The notes under the pieces are model-generated. The model worked only from the letters and a program-made list of their open reading frames with translations. It made no database searches and was not told where the DNA came from. Both the position numbers and the translations under genes were made by a program. DNA of 61,576 nt, counting the filler, from a bacterium (GTDB lineage Bacteria; JAMOTN01): the NCBI GenBank assembly GCA_027062325.1. It is 6 parts of 6 records of this genome, joined end to end, with 100 filler letters (N's around TTAATTAATTAA, not from the genome) between each part and the next. Parts side by side here need not be neighbours in the genome. Positions count along the whole stretch, not along the records: positions 6,834 to 13,237 come from JAMOTN010000045.1; positions 13,338 to 19,412 come from JAMOTN010000047.1; positions 19,513 to 25,405 come from JAMOTN010000048.1; 3 more parts are not named here. The stretch is one strand, 5' to 3'. Shown here in pieces: positions 10,062-20,888 of the stretch. Within the stretch, counting starts at the first letter, position 1, and each line of letters opens with the position of its first letter.

Positions 10062-11519
10062 ATGTCTAACTTTAACAACAAGATTGTTGTCGCAGACGAT
10101 GATAAAGCTATCACCACTGCCATTGCTATGTACCTTAGAAATAAAGGTTACAACGTCTTCTGTGCATACAATGGCAAAGAAGCATGGGAGCTCATAAAAA
10201 AACACATACCATTTGCTGCAATACTTGACATAAAGATGCCGGGAATGGATGGAATAAGTATCACAAAACTGGTTAAGGAACACTCCCTCAGAACAATTGT
10301 TGTAATTCTAACAGCTTATGGGGGAATTGACAACATCGTCCCGGCAATGAAACTTGGAGCTTATGAGTTCTTGACAAAACCTGTAGATCTTGACTGTTTA
10401 TACAAAATAGTGAAGAAAGCTGAAAACAATTGGAAGATCAAACATGAAGACTACAAAGAAGAAGTAAGTCCATGGATAACAACTTCTTATGGTAAAGTCA
10501 AAATCGTAGCAAAGAGCAAAAAGATGCACGAGATATTTAAGATAGTTGGAAAAATCGCAGACACAGATATAAGCGTTTTGCTCACAGGAGAAAGTGGAAC
10601 AGGCAAAGAGATAATTGCATACGCAATTCACGCTGCCAGTTCAAGAAAAAACAAACCGTTTGTAGCTATAAACTGTACAGCCATTCCTGCAGGTTTAATA
10701 GAGAGTGAATTTTTTGGCTACGAGAAAGGTGCCTTTACCGGAGCTACTAAAACTAAAATCGGTAAATTTGAGGCAGCAAATGGTGGAACTCTGTTTCTAG
10801 ATGAGATAGCCGAGATGGCTCCTGAACTGCAGCCAAAACTCCTTCGCGTCCTTCAGGAAGGGGAAATTTACAGAGTAGGAGGACTAAAACCGATAAAAGT
10901 GGACGTAAGAATAATCTCTGCCACAAACCAAAACCCGGAAGAAGCTGTTTTAAAAGGTAAATTGCGTCATGATCTTTATCACCGTTTGAAAGGAATTCAC
11001 ATTCATATTCCTCCATTGCGCGAAAGACGCGAAGACATTCCCGAATTAGCCAAAATTTTCCTTCAAGAAAGTGCAAAGAAGTACCGCAAAAATGTAAAAT
11101 ACATATCAGATGAAGTGATGCAACTTCTTGAAGAGTATGAATGGCCGGGCAATGTCCGCGAATTAAAAAATCTCATAGAAGCAGCAGTAGTCATGTGTAA
11201 CGATGAGATACTCTTACCAGAACACATCCCATATCACTTCATGGATGGTGAAAAACGTGTATGTGGAATTCGTGACTGGCTCGTTGTAAAGGTTCAAAAC
11301 GAGTTTGAGAAGTTTAAACGCGACAAAGAGAAAAAATATTGGAATGTTCACGCAACTATCATGGGAGAGCTAGAAAAGCAGTTTCTGGAAGTAGTGCTGA
11401 ACTATTGCGCTTGGAATCAATCCATGGCTGCAAAATTTCTCGGTATAACGCGCAATACTTTGCGCTCAAAAATAAAAGCTTATGGACTAGACAAGAAGAA
11501 AAAGAAGCAATCTGAATAG
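10062..11519 (+). CDS. NtrC-family sigma-54-dependent response regulator
   Basis: Receiver domain ([16 protein letters not shown]), AAA domain [29 protein letters not shown]-terminal Fis-type HTH ([16 protein letters not shown]). Confidence 0.95.
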   Translation: MSNFNNKIVVADDDKAITTAIAMYLRNKGYNVFCAYNGKEAWELIKKHIPFAAILDIKMPGMDGISITKLVKEHSLRTIVVILTAYGGIDNIVPAMKLGAYEFLTKPVDLDCLYKIVKKAENNWKIKHEDYKEEVSPWITTSYGKVKIVAKSKKMHEIFKIVGKIADTDISVLLTGESGTGKEIIAYAIHAASSRKNKPFVAINCTAIPAGLIESEFFGYEKGAFTGATKTKIGKFEAANGGTLFLDEIAEMAPELQPKLLRVLQEGEIYRVGGLKPIKVDVRIISATNQNPEEAVLKGKLRHDLYHRLKGIHIHIPPLRERREDIPELAKIFLQESAKKYRKNVKYISDEVMQLLEEYEWPGNVRELKNLIEAAVVMCNDEILLPEHIPYHFMDGEKRVCGIRDWLVVKVQNEFEKFKRDKEKKYWNVHATIMGELEKQFLEVVLNYCAWNQSMAAKFLGITRNTLRSKIKAYGLDKKKKKQSE

Positions 11520-11537
11520 TAAGCGGGGGGTGCTATT

Positions 11538-12488
11538 TTGCCATCACTTGATTGGGATATTCTGATATTCGCAGGAGTTTTGTCTTTAACTGCGCTAATT
11601 GTAATATCATTTAAAAGGGGATTCAAGTGGTTGCGTCATTTTCCCTCAATAACAGGCTTTCCCTTTAATCCACTTTTGTTTACCGTTTTAGCCATGCTTG
11701 TCATACTTGCAGCAGATCCACGCGGTAAATATACCGAAGAAACTTTTAGGGAAAAAAAAGCAAATCTTATGATAGTTATGGATATCTCAGGAAGCATGCG
11801 CGCAGAAGATATAAAACCCAATCGCCTAATCAAAGCAAAAGAGGTTATAAAGGAATTTGTCAAAAAAAATCGCGACTTCAAACTTGGTTTGATTACTTTT
11901 GCAGGAAAAGTACAACTAAAGTGTCCAATAACCTCAGATTACGAAGCTGTTGAATCTTTTATCGATTCCGTAGATTTTGAGAAACGCTTTGATGGAACAG
12001 CAATCGGAAATGCACTCCTAACAGCAAAGATTGCCCTCCAACGTATAAAAGAGGGGGATAAATTTATAATTCTACTAACAGATGGTGAAAACAATGTAGG
12101 ATATAATCCAATATTCGCAGCCAAAGAATGTGCAAAAGCTGGCATAAAAGTTTTTACTGTAGGTTTGGGGAGTGAAAAAGGCGCTCCTGTTCCAATAATT
12201 TCAAACGGCAAAAAGATCTATTTAAGAGATCAATTTGGAAGAATATTCATAACGCACCTCGATGAAGCAACGTTAAAAAAAATTGCTCAAATAACTGAAG
12301 GTAAGTATTACAGAGCAACTACTGGATTGGAGCTTGCTAAAGCGTATGATAAAATCGCAAGCTACATTAAAAAAACAGTTAAGACCAAAAGACGTTACTT
12401 AAAACCTATGTATAAACCATTTGTGTTGATACTGGCGGTGGTGTGGATAATATGGCTGGTAATGTGGAATTTGACACTGGATTACTAA
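11538..12488 (+). CDS. vWA domain membrane protein (BatA-like)
   Basis: MIDAS DISGSM, GTAIGNAL, LLTDGENN; N- and C-terminal TM segments. Confidence 0.85.
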   Translation: MPSLDWDILIFAGVLSLTALIVISFKRGFKWLRHFPSITGFPFNPLLFTVLAMLVILAADPRGKYTEETFREKKANLMIVMDISGSMRAEDIKPNRLIKAKEVIKEFVKKNRDFKLGLITFAGKVQLKCPITSDYEAVESFIDSVDFEKRFDGTAIGNALLTAKIALQRIKEGDKFIILLTDGENNVGYNPIFAAKECAKAGIKVFTVGLGSEKGAPVPIISNGKKIYLRDQFGRIFITHLDEATLKKIAQITEGKYYRATTGLELAKAYDKIASYIKKTVKTKRRYLKPMYKPFVLILAVVWIIWLVMWNLTLDY

Positions 12489-13237
12489 ATCTGACCTTAG
12501 TAGTGATAATTGCTTTATTGACTGCGTTCGCTATAATCTTCAAACGTTCATTTTTAAAAGGTGTATTCAAAAAACTTCCCCTAAAGTTAAAAAAAGCAAT
12601 CGTGCTTCTTCTCTCACTGTTAATATGCTTGATAATACTAAACCCCAAGGTAGCTAACTCGTATGAAAAAATAAAAACCAAAGGAATAAATGTCGTTTTC
12701 GCAGTCGATTTATCTCTTAGTATGTGGTGCACCGATGTCAAACCAACTCGTTATCACGCTGCACTTTCTCTAATTCAAAGGATTCTGTTTAACAAAGATA
12801 TATCCCAAGCTGCTCTCGTAGGTTTCTCAGGCTACAGTGCTGTTGCCGTACCACTCACAGAAGATACAGCTTCTCTTTACGATTACCTGCGCCACATACG
12901 TCCCGGCGATATAGAAGAGGGTGGAACTAATTTATACGATGCCCTGATGACATCCTTACTCTCTACAGAAAGAAAGAATAAACGCAAATCCAACATAGTC
13001 ATTCTCATATCAGATGGTGAAAAAACAAAAGGCAGAGATCCAATGAAAGCCATTACCGAATACAAAAAAAGGGGAGTTTTTCTTATAACCGTTGGAATTG
13101 GTTCCAAGCAGGGCTCTTACATTCCTCAAGTCGAGGGAAATCAAATTGTAGGATGGATTACAAAAAATGGCAAATACGCAATAAGCAGACCAAACTTCTC
13201 ATTATTAAAAAAACTAGCAGAAGAAACCGGCGGGGTT
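12443..13237 (+). CDS. vWA domain membrane protein (BatB-like), partial
   Basis: DLSLSM, PTR, PLTED, GGTNL, ISDGE; truncated by the spacer; start uncertain. Confidence 0.8.
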
Positions 13238-13337
13238 NNNNNNNNNNNNNNNNNNNNNNNNNNNNNNNNNNNNNNNNNNNNTTAATTAATTAANNNNNNN
13301 NNNNNNNNNNNNNNNNNNNNNNNNNNNNNNNNNNNNN
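13238..13337. other. Artificial contig-joining spacer
   Basis: N-run + TTAATTAATTAA + N-run. Confidence 0.98.
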
Positions 13338-13934
13338 TAATCTTTTATCCTCTGGATAAAGCCTCGTGAGATCCGCCAATTGAGATCTTGCCTCTTCAAA
13401 TTTCTCGTTTTCAATCAAGCGCTTTACAATTGCTATTTGATCCGCAATCAAATCACTCTTCCCTAAAATTGCCTCCGCATACCTTTTGATACGTCTGTCA
13501 CTACTTTTACGCAACAAATCTCTTATTATTCTTCTAGCTTCTTCTATTTTTCCCAATCTGAAAAGTGCATAAGTATAGCGCGCCATAAAGATGTTTGCCT
13601 CTTTTGTCGACATAGTGGAAACCATTTTTTTTGCCTCTTTATAAAATTCAACTGCTCTCTTATACATTTTTGCTTTTATGTAAGCATATATAAGCGACAG
13701 AGCAACATCTTTGTTCGGATTTATCCACCAAGCTTTTTGAAGTCTGTCAACTGCCAAAACAGGACTGATTTTTAAAACAGATTTTCCCCGCTCATAATAA
13801 AGCTTCCACACATTTTTTTCCTTGAGAGAGGAAAACAGCTTTTTTTCAAATTCTTCTAATTTATCAACGCCGGCGAAAACCACACTTGAAAAAACAATGA
13901 ATAACATAAAAAGGACAATTTCTCTTTTTAGCAC
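13338..13934 (-). CDS. Exported TPR-like protein, partial
   Basis: Signal-peptide-like start (VLKREIVLFMLFIVFSSVVFA) followed by TPR-like helices (LGKIEEARR, KFEEAR...YPED); truncated at the spacer. Confidence 0.6.
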
Positions 13935-13948
13935 ACTACCACCCCACA

Positions 13949-14689
13949 CTATATCCTTCCGCCGATAATAATTCCCCATTGATCGGAATCATAGCTACTA
14001 CCAAACCTCATCTTCATCAACGTATCGTAATCTCCATCTCCTCTCCAATAAACTTTCATAAAGTAACCATCTTTTCTCTCCCAAAAGAAAGACCCAATCG
14101 TTTTATCTCCATCAAATTCAACAGAAACACCTACTCCTTCTTTAAACTCATAATTAACTCCTACAAAAAAGAAAAATGGATCAGGTTTCTGTTCTCCAAA
14201 GTCATAACCTCCAAGGGGTGCAGGATTCCAAGGAACATGATCACTTCCTGAAACATTCGCACCAACTCCAAAGTAAACTTTTCTATCTCCAAACGTTATA
14301 AATAGGCTAGAATAGTGATCATCCTCTAAATCTGCAATAAACCCTAAAGCCGTCGATATGAATCCAGTTTGGGGAACTGTATATTTTACTGCAAACATTA
14401 AAGCATCGTCTGGTATTCTTCCACAAGAATTTTCTTTCTTCAAAATTCCAAGTTCCAATCCCGGCAAGAAAGTATAAGTAGCTCCTATTATACTCCTGTA
14501 ATAGCTCTTCTTGCCGTAATTTTCTTCAAAACTAAAGTTTTCTCTCCAGAACAGCATGTTAAAATTTCCAACTTCAGGAGCTCCTGGGGAAGGCAAAAAT
14601 GCCCCACCTTCAAATCCCCATACACTAGGCACTGCCTTGACAGAGAATACAACTCCTAAAATCAGTAAAACTAGCACTATTCTCTTCAC
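13949..14689 (-). CDS. Exported protein, probable outer-membrane beta-barrel (YjbH-like)
   Basis: Signal peptide (VFSVKA), alternating amphipathic beta-strand pattern, LELG and AVKY motifs. Confidence 0.5.
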   Translation of the reverse strand: MKRIVLVLLILGVVFSVKAVPSVWGFEGGAFLPSPGAPEVGNFNMLFWRENFSFEENYGKKSYYRSIIGATYTFLPGLELGILKKENSCGRIPDDALMFAVKYTVPQTGFISTALGFIADLEDDHYSSLFITFGDRKVYFGVGANVSGSDHVPWNPAPLGGYDFGEQKPDPFFFFVGVNYEFKEGVGVSVEFDGDKTIGSFFWERKDGYFMKVYWRGDGDYDTLMKMRFGSSYDSDQWGIIIGGRI

Positions 14690-14750
14690 TTAAATACACC
14701 CCCTTTCATCTAATCGACTAATAAAAAAATCTCTTTACTCCTAAATTGTC

Positions 14751-14779
14751 TTGCTATCAAACAGCGATAATGTTAAAAT
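14751..14779 (+). promoter_or_regulatory. Sigma-70 promoter of the rpsF operon
   Basis: TTGCTA (14751-56), 17-nt spacer, TAAAAT (14774-79) with extended TG at 14771-72. Confidence 0.65.
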
Positions 14780-14796
14780 GTTAAAAGTATAGCTGT

Positions 14797-14843
14797 AACT
14801 CCTGCTGCTCCAAATCGGAGCGGCCAAAAGTCCAAAGGAGGTG
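14797..14843 (+). promoter_or_regulatory. S6:S18 ribosomal-protein leader RNA (autoregulatory)
   Basis: CTCCT pairs with the SD AGGAG (14836-40); inner hairpin GCTGCTCC-aaatc-GGAGCGGC; unpaired CCA just before the SD. This is the architecture of the S6:S18 leader upstream of rpsF. Confidence 0.75.
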
Positions 14844-14850
14844 TGTGTGC

Positions 14851-15285
14851 ATGAACGAGATTGAAGCAATCATCAAAAACTTTCCAGTCTCTGCAGAAGA
14901 GGTAGAGGATGGTATCAGAGCTTACGAAACAATGTTTATTATTAACTCTTCAAAACAAGAAAACATTGACAGAGCCCTTGAATGGTTCGAAAATTTCCTA
15001 AATCTCAGAAAAGTCAAAGTTGAAAAGTTTGAGAAGATCGGTTTGAAAAACTTCGCCTATCCAATCAAACACATGAATCAAGGTTATTACGTATTGTGCG
15101 AATTCTGGTCTGAACCAAATGTTCCAGCTGATCTAGAGGACCAGTTTAAATTGAGGCAAGAAATTTTGCGTTTTCTCATTATTAGGAGAGACGACAAGGA
15201 AGAGATGCTCCTCAACCCAAAGAAATTTGAAAAGAAGCTCAAAAGCAAAAAACAGAAAAATCGCAAAGAGGAAGGTGAGGAGTAA
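14851..15285 (+). CDS. rpsF: 30S ribosomal protein S6
   Basis: [31 protein letters not shown]; carries an N-terminal extension. Confidence 0.92.
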   Translation: MNEIEAIIKNFPVSAEEVEDGIRAYETMFIINSSKQENIDRALEWFENFLNLRKVKVEKFEKIGLKNFAYPIKHMNQGYYVLCEFWSEPNVPADLEDQFKLRQEILRFLIIRRDDKEEMLLNPKKFEKKLKSKKQKNRKEEGEE

Positions 15286-15533
15286 TGGTTAGAAAGCGTA
15301 AAAAAAGAAGCAAAGTTTGCGAATTCTGCAAAAACGGCGTATTTTATATAGATTACAAGGATACGGATACTTTGTCAAAGTATTTGAACGAGAGGGGTAA
15401 GATCGAACCTCGTAGAAAAACTGGGGTTTGCACAAAACATCAAAGGCAGCTTGCAAGAGCTATCAAGAGAGCAAGAATAATAGGACTGCTTCCATTTGTG
15501 AAAACTCCAGTAATCAAAATCAGCTTCAAGTAA
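15285..15533 (+). CDS. rpsR: 30S ribosomal protein S18 (Zn-binding form)
   Basis: CEFC...IDYKD...[34 protein letters not shown]. Confidence 0.97.
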   Translation: MVRKRKKRSKVCEFCKNGVFYIDYKDTDTLSKYLNERGKIEPRRKTGVCTKHQRQLARAIKRARIIGLLPFVKTPVIKISFK

Positions 15534-15559
15534 AGCTGGAGTGGTAATATTAAAAAGCC

Positions 15560-16528
15560 ATGAAAATGAGGCAGTTGCAAAGAAAACATGTAACCACCGC
15601 CGCGCTTGCTAGTTTATCTGCGGCGGTGGTTTTGATTTTAAAATATACAATTTTAGGCAATATTCTAGGGATAATAGGTATATTCTTAATTCCAATCCCA
15701 ATAGCAGCAGCTGGAATCAAGTTTTCTATGAAAGAAGCTCTTCAAGCTGCACTGATAGCCACAATTGTTGTGGCACTTACTGCAGGAATTCAGTCAGCAT
15801 TTTGGTTAGCTTTCATTGTTTATCCAATGGCATTCGCTCTGATTGCTTCCACACGATATAAGATGAATCCATACTTAGCCTCTTTTTTGGCCGCAATTAT
15901 TATGGCAGCAGGTTTCTTTTTATTAACTTTCCTATTTATGGGAAAAGAAGGCTTTTCCAAACTTGAGAAAACTCTGCACAAACAAGGTGAACTAATGCTT
16001 GATATAATAAAAAATCGTTTTAAACCACAAACTACTCAGGAAGTGGAAATGTACAGATCCTACATTCAATCAATGAAAAATGCTCAAAAGTTTTTCCTCT
16101 CAAAATCAGGAATAGTTTCATTACAGATTGCAGGTGCAACAACCCTTTTTTTTCTCTTCTACTGGATTTTTTCCAAATTAAAAAAACAACTTGAAAGATT
16201 TCTAGAAATCAAAATTGCGCTTCTTCCTCTGTCGGAAGTAAAAATTCCATCATTTCTACCAATACTATTATTTTCCTCAGTACTAGGTTTTAAAGCTTTT
16301 CCTGAAATTGCTAAATTTTTATTTCTCACATCATTTGCTATGCTATTTATAGGAGGTATAACCAAAATAAAGCTCTTTATTGAAAAAGACAAAACCGTAT
16401 TCCTAATTCTCACACTTCTTGGTATAATGACCGGTCAACTATTAGTCCTTCCTATATATTATGCGATTTGGGCCATTTTTTATGAATTCACTGAATTTAA
16501 ACTTCAAGAAAGAGGTGATAATGAGTGA
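15560..16528 (+). CDS. DUF2232/YybS-like membrane protein
   Basis: Multiple TM helices; sits in the conserved position between rpsR and rplI. Confidence 0.7.
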   Translation: MKMRQLQRKHVTTAALASLSAAVVLILKYTILGNILGIIGIFLIPIPIAAAGIKFSMKEALQAALIATIVVALTAGIQSAFWLAFIVYPMAFALIASTRYKMNPYLASFLAAIIMAAGFFLLTFLFMGKEGFSKLEKTLHKQGELMLDIIKNRFKPQTTQEVEMYRSYIQSMKNAQKFFLSKSGIVSLQIAGATTLFFLFYWIFSKLKKQLERFLEIKIALLPLSEVKIPSFLPILLFSSVLGFKAFPEIAKFLFLTSFAMLFIGGITKIKLFIEKDKTVFLILTLLGIMTGQLLVLPIYYAIWAIFYEFTEFKLQERGDNE

Positions 16529-16965
16529 AAGTTATACTTCTAAAAGACGTAAAAAAACTTGGTAAAGCCGGTGAGGTAGTGAATGTAAAAGAAGGATACG
16601 CCAGGAATTATCTGTTTCCTCGAAATCTTGCTATTGAAGCAACCGCAAAAGCACTGGCAGCGCTTGAGAAGGACAAGAAAATGAAAATGGAAATTGCCAA
16701 ACGCAAAGAGGAGAAAGCTCGTGAAATTGCAAAAGAATTAGAAAAGTTTACACTAACTTTCAAAAAAAAGGCTGCAGATACAGGTAAAATTTTCGGCTCA
16801 ATAACCAATAAGGAGATTGCTCAACAACTTAAAAATAGAGGCTTTGATATAGAGAAAAAATCAATAAAGATAGAGCACATCAAGAATGTTGGCACCTACT
16901 TTGCTGAGGTAAAGCTTCACCCAAATGTAGTTGCAAAAGTGAAGGTGGTCGTAGTTGCAGAATAA
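16525..16965 (+). CDS. rplI: 50S ribosomal protein L9
   Basis: [40 protein letters not shown]. Confidence 0.97.
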   Translation: MKVILLKDVKKLGKAGEVVNVKEGYARNYLFPRNLAIEATAKALAALEKDKKMKMEIAKRKEEKAREIAKELEKFTLTFKKKAADTGKIFGSITNKEIAQQLKNRGFDIEKKSIKIEHIKNVGTYFAEVKLHPNVVAKVKVVVVAE

Positions 16966-18313
16966 CCTTCAAGAAGCAGCTATATTACCTGCAAACGTTG
17001 AAGCCGAGCGATATGTACTTGGAACTCTTCTTAAAACAGACATAATCGATACACCTGAAGCTGAAGCAACTGCATCTTTAATTTTCGAAAAGCTTTCAGA
17101 AGACGATTTTTCTTCTCCTCGTCATAGAATAATATTCTCCGCATTAAAAAAATTGTACGAAAAAGGTTATCCTCTCGAATTTATAGCACTAGCCGAAGAA
17201 CTTACCACTCAAGGAAAACTAGAGGAAGCAGGTGGAGCTGCTTACATCTCAGAGCTGGCAGCAATGACTCCTCCAGTTGGAAATCCAGAGTACTATGTAA
17301 ATCTTCTGAAAAATAAAGCTCTTCTTCGTCGCCTTTACAGATTATCCGAACAGATAAAGACTAAAGTTTTGACAGAAACTGCAGAAGCAGAAGAAGTAAT
17401 GGATTGGCTTGAACAAAAGTTACTCAACATATCCTCCCACAGGAGAACCACAGTAGTTGATTTCTCTTCTCTTGCTGACTCTGCTTTAACAAAGCTTGAT
17501 CAGATTTACACAAATAACATCGAACACGTTGGAGTTCCATCTGGATTCGTAGATCTTGATAGAAAAACTGGAGGCTTTCAACCGGGAAGTTTGGTGGTTC
17601 TGGCAGCACGTCCTTCTATGGGAAAGACTGCTCTTGCTCTCAACATAGCTTCCAATGTTGCAATTCGTCAAAAAAAACCCGTTTTGATTTTTTCCCTTGA
17701 GATGCCCGCTGAACAATTATTTTTTAGAATCCTTTGTGCAGAAGCAAAAGTCAATTTGCAACTCCTTCTTAGAGGGGAGCTCTATGAAGAAGAACTAGAG
17801 CGTTTCATAACTCTGGCTCACTTGGATAAAGGAGCTCCCATCTACATAGCAGATGAGCCAACTATCAATGTTTATGAGTTAAAAGCCAAAGCTAAACGTC
17901 TCAAAATTGAAAAAGGAATCGAGATGATAATTGTAGATTATCTTCAACTTTTATCTGCTGGAAGACGCGACAGCAAACAGCAAGAGGTTGCTGAAGTATC
18001 CCGAACACTGAAATTACTTGCAATCGAATTAGAAGTTCCCGTGATCGCTCTATCCCAGTTGAACCGTGCTCCAGAGCAGCGTCAGGACAAACGTCCAACT
18101 TTGGCCGATCTGAGAGAGTCAGGGGCTATTGAACAAGACGCAGATTTGGTAATATTCATATACAGGGACGAATATTACAATCCGGACACCGAACTTAAAA
18201 ATGTAGCTGAATTAATAATTGGCAAAAACAGAAATGGTCCCGTTGGCACTGTGCAACTAGCCTTTTTCAAGGAGTACACGCGATTCGAAAACTTAGCACT
18301 GCAAGAAGAATAA
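16955..18313 (+). CDS. dnaB: Replicative DNA helicase
   Basis: [47 protein letters not shown]. Confidence 0.97.
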   Translation: MQNNLQEAAILPANVEAERYVLGTLLKTDIIDTPEAEATASLIFEKLSEDDFSSPRHRIIFSALKKLYEKGYPLEFIALAEELTTQGKLEEAGGAAYISELAAMTPPVGNPEYYVNLLKNKALLRRLYRLSEQIKTKVLTETAEAEEVMDWLEQKLLNISSHRRTTVVDFSSLADSALTKLDQIYTNNIEHVGVPSGFVDLDRKTGGFQPGSLVVLAARPSMGKTALALNIASNVAIRQKKPVLIFSLEMPAEQLFFRILCAEAKVNLQLLLRGELYEEELERFITLAHLDKGAPIYIADEPTINVYELKAKAKRLKIEKGIEMIIVDYLQLLSAGRRDSKQQEVAEVSRTLKLLAIELEVPVIALSQLNRAPEQRQDKRPTLADLRESGAIEQDADLVIFIYRDEYYNPDTELKNVAELIIGKNRNGPVGTVQLAFFKEYTRFENLALQEE

Positions 18314-18327
18314 AGCAGGAGGTAGCA

Positions 18328-18951
18328 ATGATCCCCGAAAAGTTTAAATCTAAAGAGTGGTTCACTATAAAAGAAGCAGCCGAAATTGCCTGTGTAAGTG
18401 AGAAAACTATTCGTCGCAAAATAAATTCTGGAGAGCTCAAGGCTAAGAAAGTGGGCGGAAGATGGCGCATAATGTTCAAAGATTTGATGGAATTTTTGGG
18501 GAAAGAGGATACCATTGAACCTGAAAAACTTGCAAAACTTGAAGAAGAGATTGCGAGACAGAAAAAACTGCTTATGAAGTTACTTTACAAATACACCAAG
18601 GCACGTGTTGATACTGCCCAAAAGCTTGTTAAAATAAATCCTAAACAAGCAATAGCAATACTCACTGATATTGCAGAAGAACTTAAGTACTTTTCTGATC
18701 TTTTACTGAAGGTATCAGTTATTCTATGGGAAGCAGGGAAAAAACATATAGCAATAAAATTACTTGAAACTTCTGAAAGTCCCGAAGCTAAAATTCAACT
18801 CGCAAAATTCTATTACTCTGCAGGCGAACCTCAAAAAGCTCTCGAGATACTTGCAAATATTGACAAAGAGAAATTATCTAATGACTTGAAATCTATTATA
18901 GAGTTGCTCTACTCATTAATTCTTGCGCAATCTCAAAGTTCAAACTCATAA
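18328..18951 (+). CDS. Excisionase/MerR-like HTH (HTH_17) fused to TPR-like helices
   Basis: FTIKEAAEIACVSEKTIRRKINSGELKAKKVGGRWRI, then a coiled coil and TPR-like repeats (LAKFYYSAGEPQKALEIL). Confidence 0.75.
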   Translation: MIPEKFKSKEWFTIKEAAEIACVSEKTIRRKINSGELKAKKVGGRWRIMFKDLMEFLGKEDTIEPEKLAKLEEEIARQKKLLMKLLYKYTKARVDTAQKLVKINPKQAIAILTDIAEELKYFSDLLLKVSVILWEAGKKHIAIKLLETSESPEAKIQLAKFYYSAGEPQKALEILANIDKEKLSNDLKSIIELLYSLILAQSQSSNS

Positions 18952-18965
18952 GACAGCAACTCTTT

Positions 18966-19412
18966 TTACCTTTTCTCAAACAAGTAGTTATCCAGTAACT
19001 GCCATACCATAATGTAATCTTTGAAATAGACTTTTAACTCTCCTGAAAAATTAGGTGGCAGTTCAAAACTTGCCCGGTACAACCAACCTTGTGTAAAACT
19101 TCCGACAACTTTTAGATAACAGCTTTTCCTAACTCCAGCTACCTCTACATTCACGTAATCCACATCCACAGGATTAACCGACTCAACCCAAATCCAATAG
19201 CGAGTTTTAAACACTGGATCCTGCATAATGCTTACCTTCGACGCTACACTCAAAACCAAACTTCCTACGTTATAATTCTTCCCCGCTTCAATGAACATAT
19301 CTTTAACATAGGTTTCATATCCAAAAGCTCTTATCACCAATTCAACCTCACCAGTTGGAACATCAGTCAAGGTAAAGGCCCCATTTGAAAAGTACGAGCT
19401 AACCTCATCCCA
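18966..19412 (-). CDS. Carboxypeptidase-regulatory-like (beta-sandwich) protein, C-terminal fragment
   Basis: GAFTLTDVPTGEVELVIRAFGY motif; frame stays open to the spacer. Confidence 0.5.
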   Translation of the reverse strand, partial: WDEVSSYFSNGAFTLTDVPTGEVELVIRAFGYETYVKDMFIEAGKNYNVGSLVLSVASKVSIMQDPVFKTRYWIWVESVNPVDVDYVNVEVAGVRKSCYLKVVGSFTQGWLYRASFELPPNFSGELKVYFKDYIMVWQLLDNYLFEKR

Positions 19413-19512
19413 NNNNNNNNNNNNNNNNNNNNNNNNNNNNNNNNNNNNNNNNNNNNTTAATTAATTAANNNNNNNNNNNNNNNNNNNNNNNNNNNNNNNN
19501 NNNNNNNNNNNN
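19413..19512. other. Artificial contig-joining spacer
   Basis: N-run + TTAATTAATTAA + N-run. Confidence 0.98.
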
Positions 19513-19542
19513 TATAAAAATCAATAGCTCTAACTTGCACTT

Positions 19543-20874
19543 CTATTCATTAGAGAAACGAACTCTAACTATAAAAGTACGTCCTGAAACTTTGAACCAC
19601 GCATAATCCTTTTCTCTAGTAACAGTTAGATCTGATACTTTAAACTTATAACCCCTTTCCCTAACATAAATCTCCACTAGCACACCTTTCCAATCGCTAC
19701 TAATTCTGGCACTGTAGCTCTTTCCAAAAGCTTTATAACTCACCATAACAGCTCGCGTCAGCAAGAAATCTCCTTTGAAAAGCAGCTTCAATCTACTCTT
19801 ATAAAGATCGTAAAATTCAGCCCAGCTCAAAACGTCTAAACTCTCAGGTATTCCTCCTTTTAATGAGAAAACTTCAAAAACTATTGATAACATTTTTGAG
19901 GACACACTCTTTAAGAATTCTTCAACCTCTTTTATTCTAGAAACATTTGCTTTAACTACAACTGCATCACTCAAAACAGTTACCTTTACATCTGCCCACA
20001 AACTCTTTAAAGCAGTTGCAACATCTGCTGGATTGGGAACTTTAAACACTTTGACAGTTTTAATACTCTCAAACGGAATAAGCTTGAATCCTACCTTGGT
20101 CCTTTGAAGCTTACAATCCAAAGTCGATGCAAGCTTTTTCAAAAGTTCCAAAATCCTTCCCTTTCCAGCAAAAAATATCTCTTTCTTAGCAAGTGATTTG
20201 GGATAATCTATTGGAACTTTTAACATTTTTTCAAAGCGAATAACCAAATCTCTTACTCTAACTTTTCTCAAAAAAATCTCAGCTACCTCTTCCTCTTTTG
20301 GATTTTTGGGGTAAATAGTTATAGTTTCACCCGATACAGCATAGGGAAAACCATTCTCCCACAAAAGTTTATCTAAATCTAAATTTCTAATATTTACTGT
20401 TGCAGTAACGTGTCCTGCCACATCACCAGAAAAAACAACATTATAGCCCAGCTTTACTAACCATTTGGCAACATTGTATATGCTCTCATCCGTAAATTTA
20501 ACCACATCCGAAGCATAAGCCTTTATCAAAAGCATAAACCCATAGGCAGTTCTAACAGGATCTATAGGATAGTTAGACTCAACAAACAACTTCCCTTTAT
20601 CAAGCCATACTCTTACTCGTATATTTTCAGCTTCGTAATCTTTGGGAAGATCAATTTGAGAAGCAACTCCCCACACTTTGAAAAGAGTTTTATCCTTATA
20701 CAATCTATATTCAACCTTCCCATAAATCTCAAGCTTTAAAGTCATTATCTGAGGAAGATACTTCATCTCAATATTTTCCAGTACTGCAGCTCTAACAAAA
20801 GATGCCCAAATAATTAAGACCAGCAATATTGTAGCTTTTCTATCAGTAGTATTCATAAATTCAAACCCCCACAC
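19543..20874 (-). CDS. Exported protein with secretin-like N-terminal (N0/N3) domains
   Basis: Signal peptide; N0/STN-like segments (FTDESIYNVAKWL..GYNVVFSGDVAGHVT); N3-like TVKVFKVPNPADVATALKSL...AVVVKANVSRIKEVEEFLK. Confidence 0.5.
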   Translation of the reverse strand: MWGFEFMNTTDRKATILLVLIIWASFVRAAVLENIEMKYLPQIMTLKLEIYGKVEYRLYKDKTLFKVWGVASQIDLPKDYEAENIRVRVWLDKGKLFVESNYPIDPVRTAYGFMLLIKAYASDVVKFTDESIYNVAKWLVKLGYNVVFSGDVAGHVTATVNIRNLDLDKLLWENGFPYAVSGETITIYPKNPKEEEVAEIFLRKVRVRDLVIRFEKMLKVPIDYPKSLAKKEIFFAGKGRILELLKKLASTLDCKLQRTKVGFKLIPFESIKTVKVFKVPNPADVATALKSLWADVKVTVLSDAVVVKANVSRIKEVEEFLKSVSSKMLSIVFEVFSLKGGIPESLDVLSWAEFYDLYKSRLKLLFKGDFLLTRAVMVSYKAFGKSYSARISSDWKGVLVEIYVRERGYKFKVSDLTVTREKDYAWFKVSGRTFIVRVRFSNE

Positions 20875-20888
20875 TTCATCTCACCTCA

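Noticed and set aside
18328-18500. Prophage or ICE excisionase marking an integrated element
   Set aside because: No integrase, att-like repeat or phage genes nearby; the HTH is fused to TPR-like repeats.
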